A program made the position numbers and the translations under genes. A model generated the notes under the pieces. The model was not told where the DNA came from, ran no database searches, and was given only the letters and a program-made list of their open reading frames with translations. A stretch of 64,000 nucleotides of DNA from Alphaproteobacteria bacterium (lineage in GTDB: Bacteria > Pseudomonadota > Alphaproteobacteria > UBA9219): positions 192,062 through 256,061 of the forward strand of contig JAMFSS010000009.1 of the NCBI GenBank assembly GCA_026225415.1, read 5' to 3'. Position 1 is the stretch's first letter, and the number at the start of each line of letters is the position of its first letter. Of this stretch, positions 49,897-60,657 are shown piece by piece.

Positions 49897-50712
49897 ATGA
49901 CCGATAACAACATCACGCGGCGCAAATTTATCCAGGCAAGCCTTGTGGCATCCTTTATGTCGAGCAGCGCGGGCGCATGGGCTTCAACGGCGACACCGCG
50001 CCCGGCACCCGTCCATAAACCACGTGCGCCGCGCTTGCTGATGCTTGACCCGGGACATGGCGGCCGCGACCCCGGTGCGATTGGCCGCATCGGCACGTAT
50101 GAAAAAGACGTCACATTGGACATAGCGCGACGCATGGCCGATGCCCTGTCGGGCATACCGGGCATCACCGCGAAATTGACCCGCGACGACGATACCTTTA
50201 TTCCGCTCGAAGAACGCGTGCGCATAGGCCGCGAAGCGCATGCCGATTTGTTTTTATCGGTGCATGCCGACAGTGCGCCCAACATGGCCGCGCGTGGATT
50301 ATCGGTTTATACTTTATCGTCCAAGGCATCGGATGATTTTTCCAAACATCTGGCCGACAAGGAAAACGAAGCCGACATGATGGGCGGCATGGATTTGCCG
50401 CCGGCGGACAAAGAAGTCACCTCCATCCTTATGGATCTGGCGGCGCGGCAAACGCACAACACCGCGCAACATGCCCGCGCATCGTTTGTCGAAGCTGTCG
50501 GGCAGAAATGGCATTTGTTGGAAAGCCCCATGCGCGCCGCCAATTTTGTGGTGCTGCGCGCACCCGATGTGCCTTCGATGCTGGTGGAAACGGGTTTTCT
50601 GTCAAACCCGCAAGACGAACAATTACTGCGCCAGCCCCAACAACGCAACAAAATCGCCCAAGTGATGGCCAAAGACCTCGCCACGATTTTGAACAGCAGT
50701 TTGTTCAGCTAA
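49897..50712 (+). CDS. amiC: N-acetylmuramoyl-L-alanine amidase (amidase_3) with a Tat signal, no AMIN domain
   Basis: Twin-arginine MTDNNITRRKFIQASL... and catalytic motifs LDPGHGGRDPGA and ...SVHAD... Confidence 0.8.
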   Translation: MTDNNITRRKFIQASLVASFMSSSAGAWASTATPRPAPVHKPRAPRLLMLDPGHGGRDPGAIGRIGTYEKDVTLDIARRMADALSGIPGITAKLTRDDDTFIPLEERVRIGREAHADLFLSVHADSAPNMAARGLSVYTLSSKASDDFSKHLADKENEADMMGGMDLPPADKEVTSILMDLAARQTHNTAQHARASFVEAVGQKWHLLESPMRAANFVVLRAPDVPSMLVETGFLSNPQDEQLLRQPQQRNKIAQVMAKDLATILNSSLFS

Positions 50713-51001
50713 CCCTCACTTCGTCATCCCGTTTTTCTTATTATGGAAAAATCTTTGTAATATGTGATTTTTCCCTTGACAAGATCCCCACCCCCTGCTA
50801 AACCACACCTGCATCCCTTGAAAAAGGATGCCAACCGTTGGGTGGATTTGCCGTCAAGCTGCAGATTACGGAAAGGAACCCCAGTGGCCAGAGCCGTGAA
50901 CGTACAACCTTGTTTGCGCAAGGTGCCCCGGGGAACGACTTTTTTTAGGATGAATAAAACGAAGGAGTGAGGAATGAGATAAAAACGAACCCAGGTCTAG
51001 C

Positions 51002-51595
51002 TCAGGCGAAACTCAAACCGCGCGCAGCAGTCCGTTCGAGGAATACAGCTTCTTCCGGCGTGGCTTCGCGTCCCAGATAGGGGTTGCGGTGCGGGAAACG
51101 CCCGAAACGTTGGACAATTTCATAATTCCGTTCGGCGAAAGTCAGCCAATCGGAATCCTTGGTGCGTTCGCGGATATAAAACAGCGCCAGCCTTTGGTCG
51201 CCCATATTTTCCGAATTAAGGAACGGCAGATAGAAAAGCAGCTTATACTGTTTATCAATCCGGTCATCGAAATGTTTGATAATCGCGTCGCGGGCCAGTT
51301 CCAGCGCGACATCATCGGTTTCATAGGCGCGCGAGGTGCCACGGAACATGCGGCGCGGAAATTGATCCAGCAACAGCAGCAAAGCCAGAGAACCTTCGGG
51401 CGTGGTTTCCCACACTTTCAATCCACCGGCGACAGCCTGTTCATAAACGGGTTGGAAACGGGTACGGATCTCGCCATCCAAAGCGACATCGTCCGAAAAC
51501 CATCGGTCACGGCCAACTTCGTAAAACCAGAAGTTCAGAATGTCTTCGGAGCTGGCCATCTGTTCCTTACCCATAAGCAGCGTTCTAACCATCAT
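51002..51595 (-). CDS. DUF924 family protein
   Basis: ILNFWFYEVGRDRWF...LLLLDQFPRRMFRG...GRFPHRN matches the DUF924 pattern. The start may be the internal Met (51574 or 51559). Confidence 0.75.
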   Translation of the reverse strand: MMVRTLLMGKEQMASSEDILNFWFYEVGRDRWFSDDVALDGEIRTRFQPVYEQAVAGGLKVWETTPEGSLALLLLLDQFPRRMFRGTSRAYETDDVALELARDAIIKHFDDRIDKQYKLLFYLPFLNSENMGDQRLALFYIRERTKDSDWLTFAERNYEIVQRFGRFPHRNPYLGREATPEEAVFLERTAARGLSFA

Positions 51596-51824
51596 AGGGC
51601 ACGAAGGTTACAAATGAATTACCAACAATCAAGAAAAACACGATTCTTTTAACGAAAATCCGGCTTTCTTGCCGCCAAAACCGGTTTTTTACAAGAGAAC
51701 ACGATAGATAAAATACCCGATAAATTGCATCTTCGTTCTTATGCGGAAATGGTGGAAGTCGCATCGAACCTGTCGTATCTTGATTCCCTCTCTCTGATTC
51801 ATGCCTCGCGCTGCTCCGGTTTTC

Positions 51825-54800
51825 ATGCGTAAAAATCTTTTCCTCGCCGCGTCTTTGGCGCTTACGGTTGGTGTCGCCGCGCAGGGGGGTGCCGTGTCCG
51901 CATGGGCTGCCGATGGGGCGACGAATGGCGCGTCCATCACTGTGCGCGCCGCAACGCATGAAGGCTATGACCGCGTGGTGTTCGACTGGCCGCGGTCGGT
52001 CGGATACAAATTGACCCGCGACGGCAATCTGGCGACGCTGACTTTCGATGCCGATGCCGATGTGAAATTTTCGCGCGATGTTCAGGCCTATCTGACCCGC
52101 GCGCGTGGTTTTGCGGCACACAGCGATAACGGGCATGTGGTCGTTTCTTTTACCGTCAATCCCACCGCAACGTTAAAAAGCTTTACCAGCGATAAATCGG
52201 TTGTGATCGATATTAATGGCAATCCCGCGCCGCAAGTTTCTGCCCCCCCGACACAGGCTGCGGCACCTGCCGCCACGCCTGACGTCACACCACCAGCGGC
52301 GGAAGCGCCCAAGAAAACAGAAACAAAAACCGATGCCGCAACGGCTGGGCCGCAAGCTTTAACACCGCCTTCGCCGATGCCCGTGGTGGCGGCCTCTGTG
52401 CCTGCGCCCACACCCGCCCCCAAAAAAATCGCGCCGCCAAAAAAATCCGAACTTCCCCCCGCCCCGCCAACACCCGCCGCTGTTGCGCCGCCTGCACCAA
52501 AACCCGCCGCACCTGTGGCGGCAACAACCACGCCTGCAATCGTCACACCACCACCTATTGCAGCAGCCACGACACCCCCGCCCAAAAAACTGGCGGCATC
52601 CAGCTTGCCCTTGGACAGCGCGCCCACGCTTGTCGCCTCGCTCGACCCGCATGTGGCGACACGCACCGCCATTTTCCAACGCGCCGATGTTGGCTATATC
52701 ATCTTCGACAAAAAACTGACGCTATCCGCCGCCGCTCTCGAAAACGGGATACCGGCGCAAATTGATTTGCAAGTTTTGGATATGCCGAAAAATTCGGGCT
52801 ATCGTTTCGCCGTACCGCCCAACAGCGATATGCAGGCGACGCTTAACGGCACGATGTGGAAAATTTTCCTGAGCAAGAAAAGCGGCAGCACGCCGGTAAC
52901 GACAGGTCTGGTGGCACAGCCGGATTTCGCCTTGGGCGCGCGCATTTTATTGCCCTTGCCCGATGCGCCCGACCCCATCCATTTTACCGATCCTGTCGTG
53001 GGCGATGACCTTATCCTGATCCCTTTGGCGCAAAGCGAAGCCTTTAACGCGCAACGCAATTTGTCGGATATCACCATTTTACCGGCGGCACAGGGTTTGG
53101 TGATCAAACCGCAAACCGATAAAATTATCGTCCGCGCCGTTTCCGACGGTATCGAAATCACCGCCGAAGGCGGGTTGCTTCTGTCGCGCGCGATGGATAC
53201 CGGCGCGTCGCAACAATCGACCACCAAGGCCAAAGCGGCGGCGGCGGGCAAATCGATGTTTGATTTTGCGACATGGGGCGGCAAGGTCACGGAGAATTTT
53301 TCGCAAACCCGCCAGCGTTTACAACAAACCATTGTCGATGTGCCGGATGCCGAACGCAACCGGGCGCGTCTGGAATTGGCGCGGTTTTATTTCGCCAGCG
53401 GTAATGGCGAAGAAGCTTTGGGGCTGTTGAATTATCTGGCGCAGCAAGTGCCGGATCTCCGCGCCCATGCCGATTTTATCGGCCTTGTCGGCGCGTCGGA
53501 AATTTTGTCTTACCGTTCCGATGAAGGGTTACGCGATTTGTCCTTACCCATACTTGCCGACCAACCGGAAACGGAATTATGGCAAGCAGTCGGTCTGGCG
53601 CAATTGCGCGAATGGAAGGAAGCCGAAGAAAAATTCGCCGTCCGCGAAACTATCCTGACCGGCTATCCCGAACCGTTTTTCTCGCGCTTTTTCGTGTTGG
53701 CGATCGAATCCGCGGTCGCGACCGACAAGGTGCATGAAGCCGCCGACTGGCTGGATTTCGTTTCCAACGCGCCGCATGACACGGAAATTGATCCGGCCTT
53801 GTCCTATCTGCGTGGCGCGTTGCATGCCAAAGCGGGACGCGCCGAAGCGGCAGAGTCGGCATGGAAAGAAACCATGGCTTCCAACGACCGTCTGTACAAA
53901 GTACGCGCCGAACTGGCGTTGATCGATCTGGGCGTTTCGACCGGCTCGTTGACCTCGGCACAGGCCGCCGACAGGCTGGAAGCGTTGCGTTTCGGTTGGC
54001 GCGGCGATGATCTGGAAGTCGATATTCTGCATCGTCTGGGGCAATTTTATATTCAGGCTAAAAATGTCAAAGCCGGCCTCAGCGCGATGTCGCAGGCGAT
54101 TACCCTCTATCCCGCCAGCCCGATGGCCCCGCAAATCCACACCGAAATGGAATCCGTTTTCCATGAAGTTTTTCTGGGCGCGCTCGGCAAAAAATTATCG
54201 CCGCTCGACAGCCTGACACTTTATCAACAATATCGCGATCTGATGCCCAGCGGTAAAGACGGCGACGCGGTCATGAATAATCTGGCCGAACGTTTGATCG
54301 CGATTGATCTGCTGGATCAGGCGGCGACCTTGTTGCAAGAACTCGCCAAAAACCGTTTGCAAGGCCCGGACAAAGATCATGTCGCCTTGCGTCTGGCGGC
54401 CATACGCCTGCTCAATCATCAACCCGATGAAGCTTTGTCGGCGCTTGATCTGACCACCACATCCTTGCCCGAAGCCTCACAAAACGAACGTGTGTTGTTG
54501 CGCGCCCGCGCTTTGTCCGAATTGCATAAAGACAGCGAAGCAGCGGCTTTGTTAAAAGACAATCCGACGCAGGGCGCCAAAATGTTGCGCGCCGATATCG
54601 CCATGCATGGCCAGCAATGGGCCGACGCCGCCAAAGCTTTGATGGAACTGGCAGGCCCGCCACCCGCCAGTGGCCGCGTGTTGAAACCCGAACAGGCCGA
54701 TTGGATTGTCAATGCCGCCATAGCCTATGCGTTGGACGGCAATCAACCCGGCCTTGACAGGTTGGCGATCGATTACAGCGCGGCCATGGCCACAACGCCG

Positions 54801-54971
54801 CAAAACGACACGTTCCGCCTTTTGACCGAACCCGAAAAAACCGGCCAGATGCGCGATCTGTCGGCGGCGCAATCGCAAATTTCACAAGTCGATATGTTCC
54901 AGGGCTTCTTGAATAATTACCGGAATGTGCCTGATGCCAATGCACCCGCCACGCCGCCCACCAAGCCATAG
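51825..54971 (+). CDS. large periplasmic protein: signal peptide, AMIN-like domain, long Pro/Ala-rich linker, central domain, C-terminal TPR-like repeats
   Basis: ITVRAATHEGYDRVVFDWPRSVGYKLTRDGNLATLTF resembles an AMIN domain. The linker is P/A/T-rich for about 150 aa. Helical TPR-like repeats begin after about residue 560. Stop overlaps the start of the next gene. Confidence 0.6.
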   Translation: MRKNLFLAASLALTVGVAAQGGAVSAWAADGATNGASITVRAATHEGYDRVVFDWPRSVGYKLTRDGNLATLTFDADADVKFSRDVQAYLTRARGFAAHSDNGHVVVSFTVNPTATLKSFTSDKSVVIDINGNPAPQVSAPPTQAAAPAATPDVTPPAAEAPKKTETKTDAATAGPQALTPPSPMPVVAASVPAPTPAPKKIAPPKKSELPPAPPTPAAVAPPAPKPAAPVAATTTPAIVTPPPIAAATTPPPKKLAASSLPLDSAPTLVASLDPHVATRTAIFQRADVGYIIFDKKLTLSAAALENGIPAQIDLQVLDMPKNSGYRFAVPPNSDMQATLNGTMWKIFLSKKSGSTPVTTGLVAQPDFALGARILLPLPDAPDPIHFTDPVVGDDLILIPLAQSEAFNAQRNLSDITILPAAQGLVIKPQTDKIIVRAVSDGIEITAEGGLLLSRAMDTGASQQSTTKAKAAAAGKSMFDFATWGGKVTENFSQTRQRLQQTIVDVPDAERNRARLELARFYFASGNGEEALGLLNYLAQQVPDLRAHADFIGLVGASEILSYRSDEGLRDLSLPILADQPETELWQAVGLAQLREWKEAEEKFAVRETILTGYPEPFFSRFFVLAIESAVATDKVHEAADWLDFVSNAPHDTEIDPALSYLRGALHAKAGRAEAAESAWKETMASNDRLYKVRAELALIDLGVSTGSLTSAQAADRLEALRFGWRGDDLEVDILHRLGQFYIQAKNVKAGLSAMSQAITLYPASPMAPQIHTEMESVFHEVFLGALGKKLSPLDSLTLYQQYRDLMPSGKDGDAVMNNLAERLIAIDLLDQAATLLQELAKNRLQGPDKDHVALRLAAIRLLNHQPDEALSALDLTTTSLPEASQNERVLLRARALSELHKDSEAAALLKDNPTQGAKMLRADIAMHGQQWADAAKALMELAGPPPASGRVLKPEQADWIVNAAIAYALDGNQPGLDRLAIDYSAAMATTPQNDTFRLLTEPEKTGQMRDLSAAQSQISQVDMFQGFLNNYRNVPDANAPATPPTKP

Positions 54972-57900
54972 ATGATGAACAAGCAACGCCTTCTTTACAG
55001 CCTGGTTCTGGTCACAATTTTATCGGGGCATCAGGCATGCGCACAGACCAAAGACAACGCGTTGCATGTCGTTAAAACCGATATCAATGCCGAGTCGGAA
55101 AATGCCGAACTTTGCGTGGAATTCGATAAGCCACTCGCGCCCGCATCACCGGCGCATCTGGCTTCGGCTTTGCATCTGGAAAGCGACGGCAAGGCTGTTG
55201 CCATTCCGTCGATTGCCGCAGCCGGAACATCCCTGTGCGTTTTTCCGCTGGCGCGCGGCACACAATATCATCTGACGCTTTCCGGTTTGCGCGGATCAGA
55301 TGATGAAAGGCTGGACGAAAGTTACAAAACAACATTCACCATTCCCGACCACACCGCGACCCTCAGTTTTACCGGTGCCAATGGCGGCGTGAACGGGTTT
55401 GATTTTTACGACACGCCTTTGACGCTCCGCGCCGTTAATGTGCCGCATGTCAAAATCGACATTTACCGCGTCAGCGATGCGCCAAGTCTGGCGCGCGCCT
55501 GGATCGACCGCGCCCAAACCGCATTGGCGCCGACCGAAAGCGCCTATCTGGCTCATGACAAAGGGCAAGCCGTCTGGCATGGCGATGTGCAGTTTGACGT
55601 TACCGCCAATACAACCAGCACCCAGCAAATCGCGTTGCGCGACAAAGCGCCCGATCTTGCGCCCGGCCTATATCTCATTGTCGCGGATGCCGAAAATCAC
55701 GACGCCTCCAAACCTGCCAGCAAAGGTCTGGCGCCCTTGGCCGCCGCGTGGTTTACGCGTGCCGATTTTTCCATGCAGGCGCTCCGCGACGATAAAAATC
55801 TTCATGTCTTTGTCACGCGCAACGACAACGCGGCCAAAGACGATATCATTGTAAATGCCATCAACAGCAAAGGCGAACCAATCGCCACCGGTAAAATCAC
55901 CGGTGACGCCAATACCGACGTGATCACCTTACCTGCCGCGGTGGATTCGGGCGATGCCGTCAGCCTGATCGGCACCGATTCCAAAGGCGGCATCGGTTTC
56001 GCCGACAGCGATAAAATGCCTTTGCCCAAAACACCGGAAGCGTTGGGCACCATCCATGCCGCGTCGGATTTTGTCGCCCCGTTTGACAATATCGAAACCG
56101 GCCTTTCTCTGGCCGCCGCCGATAGCGGCCCCAAAGCCAATGAAGCCAGCCTGTTGCGCCTGACGCAAAAAGAAAGTGATTACGCGACGATAGCGGTGCC
56201 GCCGCTTGCGCCGACAAACATACGCCTGTCTTTTGCCGCGCCCGCCACCCAAGGGTTATGGGCGATGCGTTGGCAAAAAAATGACGGCACGATGCTGGCC
56301 ACCAAAGACATCCATATTTCCGACAATGCCGATCTGCCGCATTTGGAAGTTACCTCGCATCGCGATGCGTTGGGCAGCGACGGCGTGTGGCCGGTGACCA
56401 TCCGTTCCGTGACACAGGCGGGGCAGGCAGCGCCTTTGATCGGCGGTCATGTGTCGCTTGTCTGGCAGAAAATGGATACGGCCTCGTTGGGGTGGAAAGA
56501 TTATGTTTTCGGCACTGTGTCCGATGTCGCCGAAACGCCGGTGCCAGTTGGCGATTTCATCACCGATTTGCAGGGAATGGCGCAGCTTCATCTGGCATTG
56601 CCCGCGCACCCCACCGATCATGGTTTGTATCAGGCCAAACTGCGCGTAACGGCGGATGCCGATACCGGCGTTGGCTGCGCCGCGCCTGTCATTCTTCCGC
56701 TGCGCCCCGACGCCACAATTATCGGCATCAAGGCATTGACGACCGCAGCGCGTTTCCCGCAAAACGGCATTGCCCGTTTCGCCCTGATCGGCATTGATTC
56801 CGACGACAAGCCGCATGATGTCGGCAATCTGTCTTATCAGCTGTATGAAGAAGGCCGCAGCTTCAGCTGGTTTCAGGATGAAGGAAAATGGAATTATAAA
56901 CAGGCGGCGCAATTGCGCCCCATCGGCGGCGGCGCGTTGGCGATTAAAGCCGATGGCAGCAGCATTTTGGAATGGCCGGTTACCGCAGGCAATTACCGTT
57001 TGGAAATTCTTGACCCGAACGGCAAGACCCTTGCGCAGACTTCGTTCAGCGCGGGATGGGATTCAACCGGCGCAAGTGCGGTGGCGGCGTTGCCGTTGGA
57101 TATTGCATTGCCCAAAATTTTATTGCCCAATCACGAAGCGGCCGCGCGCAGTGTTTTACCCGAAGCGTCGATGGTCACATTTGTCGTGGGCGACGGGCAT
57201 ATCCGCAAAACTATTCATGAATACCGCGCCAAGGGCGACAATAATTTCACGTTTGTTCCGGCATCGGACTGGCAGGAAAATATTACCGTCAGCCTGGCCG
57301 CCCAACCGATCAGCAACCCCGCCTTGCAACGCGCGGCCACGGGCGAAGCTTTGTTGACGCAAAACAGGCAGGCGATTGACAACACAGCGGCGACATTATC
57401 GTTGATTGCCAGTGACGATCCCGCCGCGCTGGTGCTGCATAAAGGCGGGTCGGGGCTTTTATCATTTGCCCTTGTCAATAACGGCACCGACACGGAAACC
57501 TATCATTACAATTTCGGGTTATCGGCGGGGTTGAAAGCCGAGAGCGAAGACAAGGGCAGCCTGACAATTGCCGCCGGCCAAAGCAAACCGCTATCCCTTG
57601 CGTTATCCGCCAACCAGACCGGCGTGAAGGAAATCAGGCTCGATATCACCGGCTCGCGCGCATCGCATATCAGCCGCAGCTGGCCGCTCAGCGTCGCGTT
57701 GAACAACAGCGAATTAAAAAGCGTTTCGACAAAAAATGTGGAAGGCAAACAAATCCTGTTTTCTGCGCCCGCCAAACAGGATGCCGCCGAAACTTTGATG
57801 TTTGTATCGCGCCGCCCGATGGATGGGTTGGCGGAAATTTTGTCTTTTGCGGTTCATGCGCAGCCCTTCACCACCACCCGTCTGGCATCCAATCTTGAAG

Positions 57901-59102
57901 CGTTACGTTTGTGGCGCGGCGTGATTGCGGAAACGGGTTTGATGCATGATTTTGCGGTCGATGCGAAACGCCGCGCCTTGTTTATCCAGATGTTACGCCA
58001 CCAAAACACCGATGGCGGTTTTGCCCCCTATCGCGGCACCGACAGCACATTAACCGATACGGCAGCCGCATTAACTGCATTGGGCAAAGAAACATCCCCG
58101 CAAACCGATGCCGCCAAAAAACTGGCCATCACCTATATCCAGCAAAGGCTGGCCAACACCTGGGTCGATGAAACGGAACGCGCGCCGCGGGCATACGCCT
58201 ATGCCGCGTTGGCGGCGGCCGATGCCGTCGATATAGCGTCTTTGCATTATTTTTCGGACACCAGCGCGACATTGCCCCTGCCCGCAATAGCGGAAGCGCA
58301 TATCGCGGCGGCGTTCAAGCAAGTGCGCGACCCGAATGCGGCGGCGTTCTGGATCAAGAAAATGCTCGATGAAAATCCGGGGCAAAAGAATATCGAATTG
58401 CTGAATGCGCTGGCCGACACCGATGCGTTATCTTCCGATGATGTGCATGCGGCCATGCTTGCGATGAAAAATGATTTGCAGAAAAATATCGATGTCCCGT
58501 CGCATGATGCCGCATTACTATTGCGGGCAATTGCCGCCGATAACATTGACGCTGGCAAGGCACATTGGACGGCGGGCAATGAAAGCCACGATATAAACAA
58601 TGTCGGCGTGATACGGGGCGCAGGCGAAACGCTGGCCAGTTACCGCAATGGCGATGCGACGTCTTTGTCGATGACACTTATCGGCGAAGAAACCAAAACG
58701 CTGGCCGCGCCCACGAACATCACGCGCCATATTTATCGCCTGAATGGTGTTGAAATTGCGCCGCCTGCCCGTCTTGTGCGCGGCGAAAATTATATTGTCG
58801 AACTTAAGGGAACCTATCCCGTGACCGATATCCAAATGTTGGTGCAGGATACCGGCATGCGCCCCATGGGCTGCCCGTTATCGGCGCGCACCAACATTTT
58901 GTCTTTCATGCCGTGGCTTGACACGCATGGGTTGACCGACAGCGTCACCTGCGAATTTACGCATCACGAAATGAATATCTTGCTGCCCGCGTCGGACACC
59001 AAGGATGCCGGTTTTTCAACCGTGTATTTCGCGCATAGCGATGAAACAGGTTTGGGCAATTTGCCGCCGCCGCGTTTACGGGCTTTGAAATCAGTTAATT
59101 GA
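54972..59102 (+). CDS. alpha-2-macroglobulin-family protein (thioester-less, MagD-like), 1376 aa
   Basis: Signal peptide, many beta-rich MG-like segments, and a C-terminal alpha/alpha-toroid TED-like region (MLRHQNTDGGFAPYRG...). No CxEQ thioester seen. Confidence 0.5.
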   Translation: MMNKQRLLYSLVLVTILSGHQACAQTKDNALHVVKTDINAESENAELCVEFDKPLAPASPAHLASALHLESDGKAVAIPSIAAAGTSLCVFPLARGTQYHLTLSGLRGSDDERLDESYKTTFTIPDHTATLSFTGANGGVNGFDFYDTPLTLRAVNVPHVKIDIYRVSDAPSLARAWIDRAQTALAPTESAYLAHDKGQAVWHGDVQFDVTANTTSTQQIALRDKAPDLAPGLYLIVADAENHDASKPASKGLAPLAAAWFTRADFSMQALRDDKNLHVFVTRNDNAAKDDIIVNAINSKGEPIATGKITGDANTDVITLPAAVDSGDAVSLIGTDSKGGIGFADSDKMPLPKTPEALGTIHAASDFVAPFDNIETGLSLAAADSGPKANEASLLRLTQKESDYATIAVPPLAPTNIRLSFAAPATQGLWAMRWQKNDGTMLATKDIHISDNADLPHLEVTSHRDALGSDGVWPVTIRSVTQAGQAAPLIGGHVSLVWQKMDTASLGWKDYVFGTVSDVAETPVPVGDFITDLQGMAQLHLALPAHPTDHGLYQAKLRVTADADTGVGCAAPVILPLRPDATIIGIKALTTAARFPQNGIARFALIGIDSDDKPHDVGNLSYQLYEEGRSFSWFQDEGKWNYKQAAQLRPIGGGALAIKADGSSILEWPVTAGNYRLEILDPNGKTLAQTSFSAGWDSTGASAVAALPLDIALPKILLPNHEAAARSVLPEASMVTFVVGDGHIRKTIHEYRAKGDNNFTFVPASDWQENITVSLAAQPISNPALQRAATGEALLTQNRQAIDNTAATLSLIASDDPAALVLHKGGSGLLSFALVNNGTDTETYHYNFGLSAGLKAESEDKGSLTIAAGQSKPLSLALSANQTGVKEIRLDITGSRASHISRSWPLSVALNNSELKSVSTKNVEGKQILFSAPAKQDAAETLMFVSRRPMDGLAEILSFAVHAQPFTTTRLASNLEALRLWRGVIAETGLMHDFAVDAKRRALFIQMLRHQNTDGGFAPYRGTDSTLTDTAAALTALGKETSPQTDAAKKLAITYIQQRLANTWVDETERAPRAYAYAALAAADAVDIASLHYFSDTSATLPLPAIAEAHIAAAFKQVRDPNAAAFWIKKMLDENPGQKNIELLNALADTDALSSDDVHAAMLAMKNDLQKNIDVPSHDAALLLRAIAADNIDAGKAHWTAGNESHDINNVGVIRGAGETLASYRNGDATSLSMTLIGEETKTLAAPTNITRHIYRLNGVEIAPPARLVRGENYIVELKGTYPVTDIQMLVQDTGMRPMGCPLSARTNILSFMPWLDTHGLTDSVTCEFTHHEMNILLPASDTKDAGFSTVYFAHSDETGLGNLPPPRLRALKSVN

Positions 59103-59610
59103 GGATTTCGATTGCTGTCGCTTCCCTACCTTTGTTGGCGGTCTGCACCGACATCCTGACCTTCTGGCCGGAATCAAGGCTTTCGGCACCGGCACGCAAA
59201 ACAATCGTGCGATGCACGAACACATCGCGCCCGCCATCATCGGGCGTGACGAAACCAAAACCTTTATCGGGTTTGAACCATTTAACCACGCCGGTCAGTT
59301 CTTCTTCGGGGCCGGTCGGCGATGCACGATGCGTGTTGGGCGATGAGGGAATTTCGCCCATCCCCAACACTTGAACGATGCTGAGAACCTGCCGGCCTTT
59401 GGCGCCGTCGCTGATCGTCACCAATAATTTGGTGCCTTCCGCCACATCGCGCAATCCTGCGCGGCTGACAACGGAAGAATGGATAAAGGCGTCGGCAGAG
59501 CCATCGGCGGGGGCGACGAAACCGAAACCTTTTGTCAGATTGAACCATTTCACAATGGCTTCGGTCTGAAAACCCTGATCGGGCGCGGGGGACATATCAA
59601 AGGAAGACAA
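59095..59610 (-). CDS. tandem cold-shock-domain protein (two CSDs)
   Basis: Two copies of VKWFNxxKGFGFV...DVFVH. Confidence 0.85.
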   Translation of the reverse strand: MSSFDMSPAPDQGFQTEAIVKWFNLTKGFGFVAPADGSADAFIHSSVVSRAGLRDVAEGTKLLVTISDGAKGRQVLSIVQVLGMGEIPSSPNTHRASPTGPEEELTGVVKWFKPDKGFGFVTPDDGGRDVFVHRTIVLRAGAESLDSGQKVRMSVQTANKGREATAIEILN

Positions 59611-59756
59611 GGGGTGACCTCATGCAAACACTGATAGGCAAGAACATAACAGATGCGTAATGTTAATATTTTTTTAAGAACCGCACAACAGTCAAGTTCA
59701 GACTTTATTAGTCAGTTTGGGATTATAATTTAAGGGTTGATTCAGAATGGTTTTCT

Positions 59757-60587
59757 ATGCGCATCGGCGGGAAAAAAGATAATTATATCAAACACAATGC
59801 CGGTCTTGCGGCGTTGCTGGCTTTGTTTGCCCTGGGGTCTGTGCCCGCCATGGCCGCCGAGGATCCGTTTGATATGGAGGGCGGCCATTGGATGTCGTTC
59901 GACCATTACAAGGATGCCGATACCCGCGGCATGTTGCCCCCCGTTAAAGCGCCCGAGACCGCCGATGTTTCGGCAAGCGATGCGACGGCCTCCGTTAACG
60001 CGCCAACGCTGGCCGCACCCACTGTGGCCGCACCGGCCCGCCCGATTGATTTGCCGGTGATGCCCGGATTGAACAAAGGTTTCAGCGTTCAGGTCAATTC
60101 GACCATCGAGGAACAGCCCGCGTCTTCTGCACCCCCTGTTGATGTGGAAAAAACGGCGCCCGTTTCGGACAAAAACTGGCAATCGCCCGCATCGGTGCAG
60201 ACGGTCAGAAAAGCCGATGATGAAGGCGGCGAAGATGTGCCGTTGAATGTGCGGTTAAGTTATCTGCCTGATCACAGGATCACGCCGATTGCATCGCCCG
60301 ACCGCGAGTCGGCATTGAAGTTGGGTCACGTCGCGTTGGAAAAATTATTGGCGGCAAAGGCAGCCGCGAAGACGCCCGGGGAAACCGCCGCCTGTGCCGC
60401 GATTGATGCGCATAAGAAACAGGAACTTGCGGCGATACAAAGCGACCGCGAGACATTGAAGGCGTTGCAGGACGCCATTCATTCACTGGGGTTGGATAGG
60501 CAGTTGGATTTCATGCAAGGCGGCAATAACAGCGCCTTGAATGTCACAGGCAAACAGGACGCGCCGACCACAACCAGCGTAAGATAA
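59757..60587 (+). CDS. secreted hypothetical protein
   Basis: Signal peptide LAALLALFALGSVPAMA. No family recognised. Confidence 0.45.
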   Translation: MRIGGKKDNYIKHNAGLAALLALFALGSVPAMAAEDPFDMEGGHWMSFDHYKDADTRGMLPPVKAPETADVSASDATASVNAPTLAAPTVAAPARPIDLPVMPGLNKGFSVQVNSTIEEQPASSAPPVDVEKTAPVSDKNWQSPASVQTVRKADDEGGEDVPLNVRLSYLPDHRITPIASPDRESALKLGHVALEKLLAAKAAAKTPGETAACAAIDAHKKQELAAIQSDRETLKALQDAIHSLGLDRQLDFMQGGNNSALNVTGKQDAPTTTSVR

Positions 60588-60657
60588 TCGCGCAAAAAAA
60601 CCGCGTCATCCAAAGATGCGCGGCAAAAAAAAATCCAAAAAACTTAGGCGCCAAAAC

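Noticed and set aside
51801-51824. Upstream in-frame Met (MPRAAPVF) as the start of the AMIN/TPR protein
   Set aside because: The downstream Met (MRKNLFLAASLALTVGVAA) gives a canonical signal peptide, and the 8-residue extension would disrupt it.
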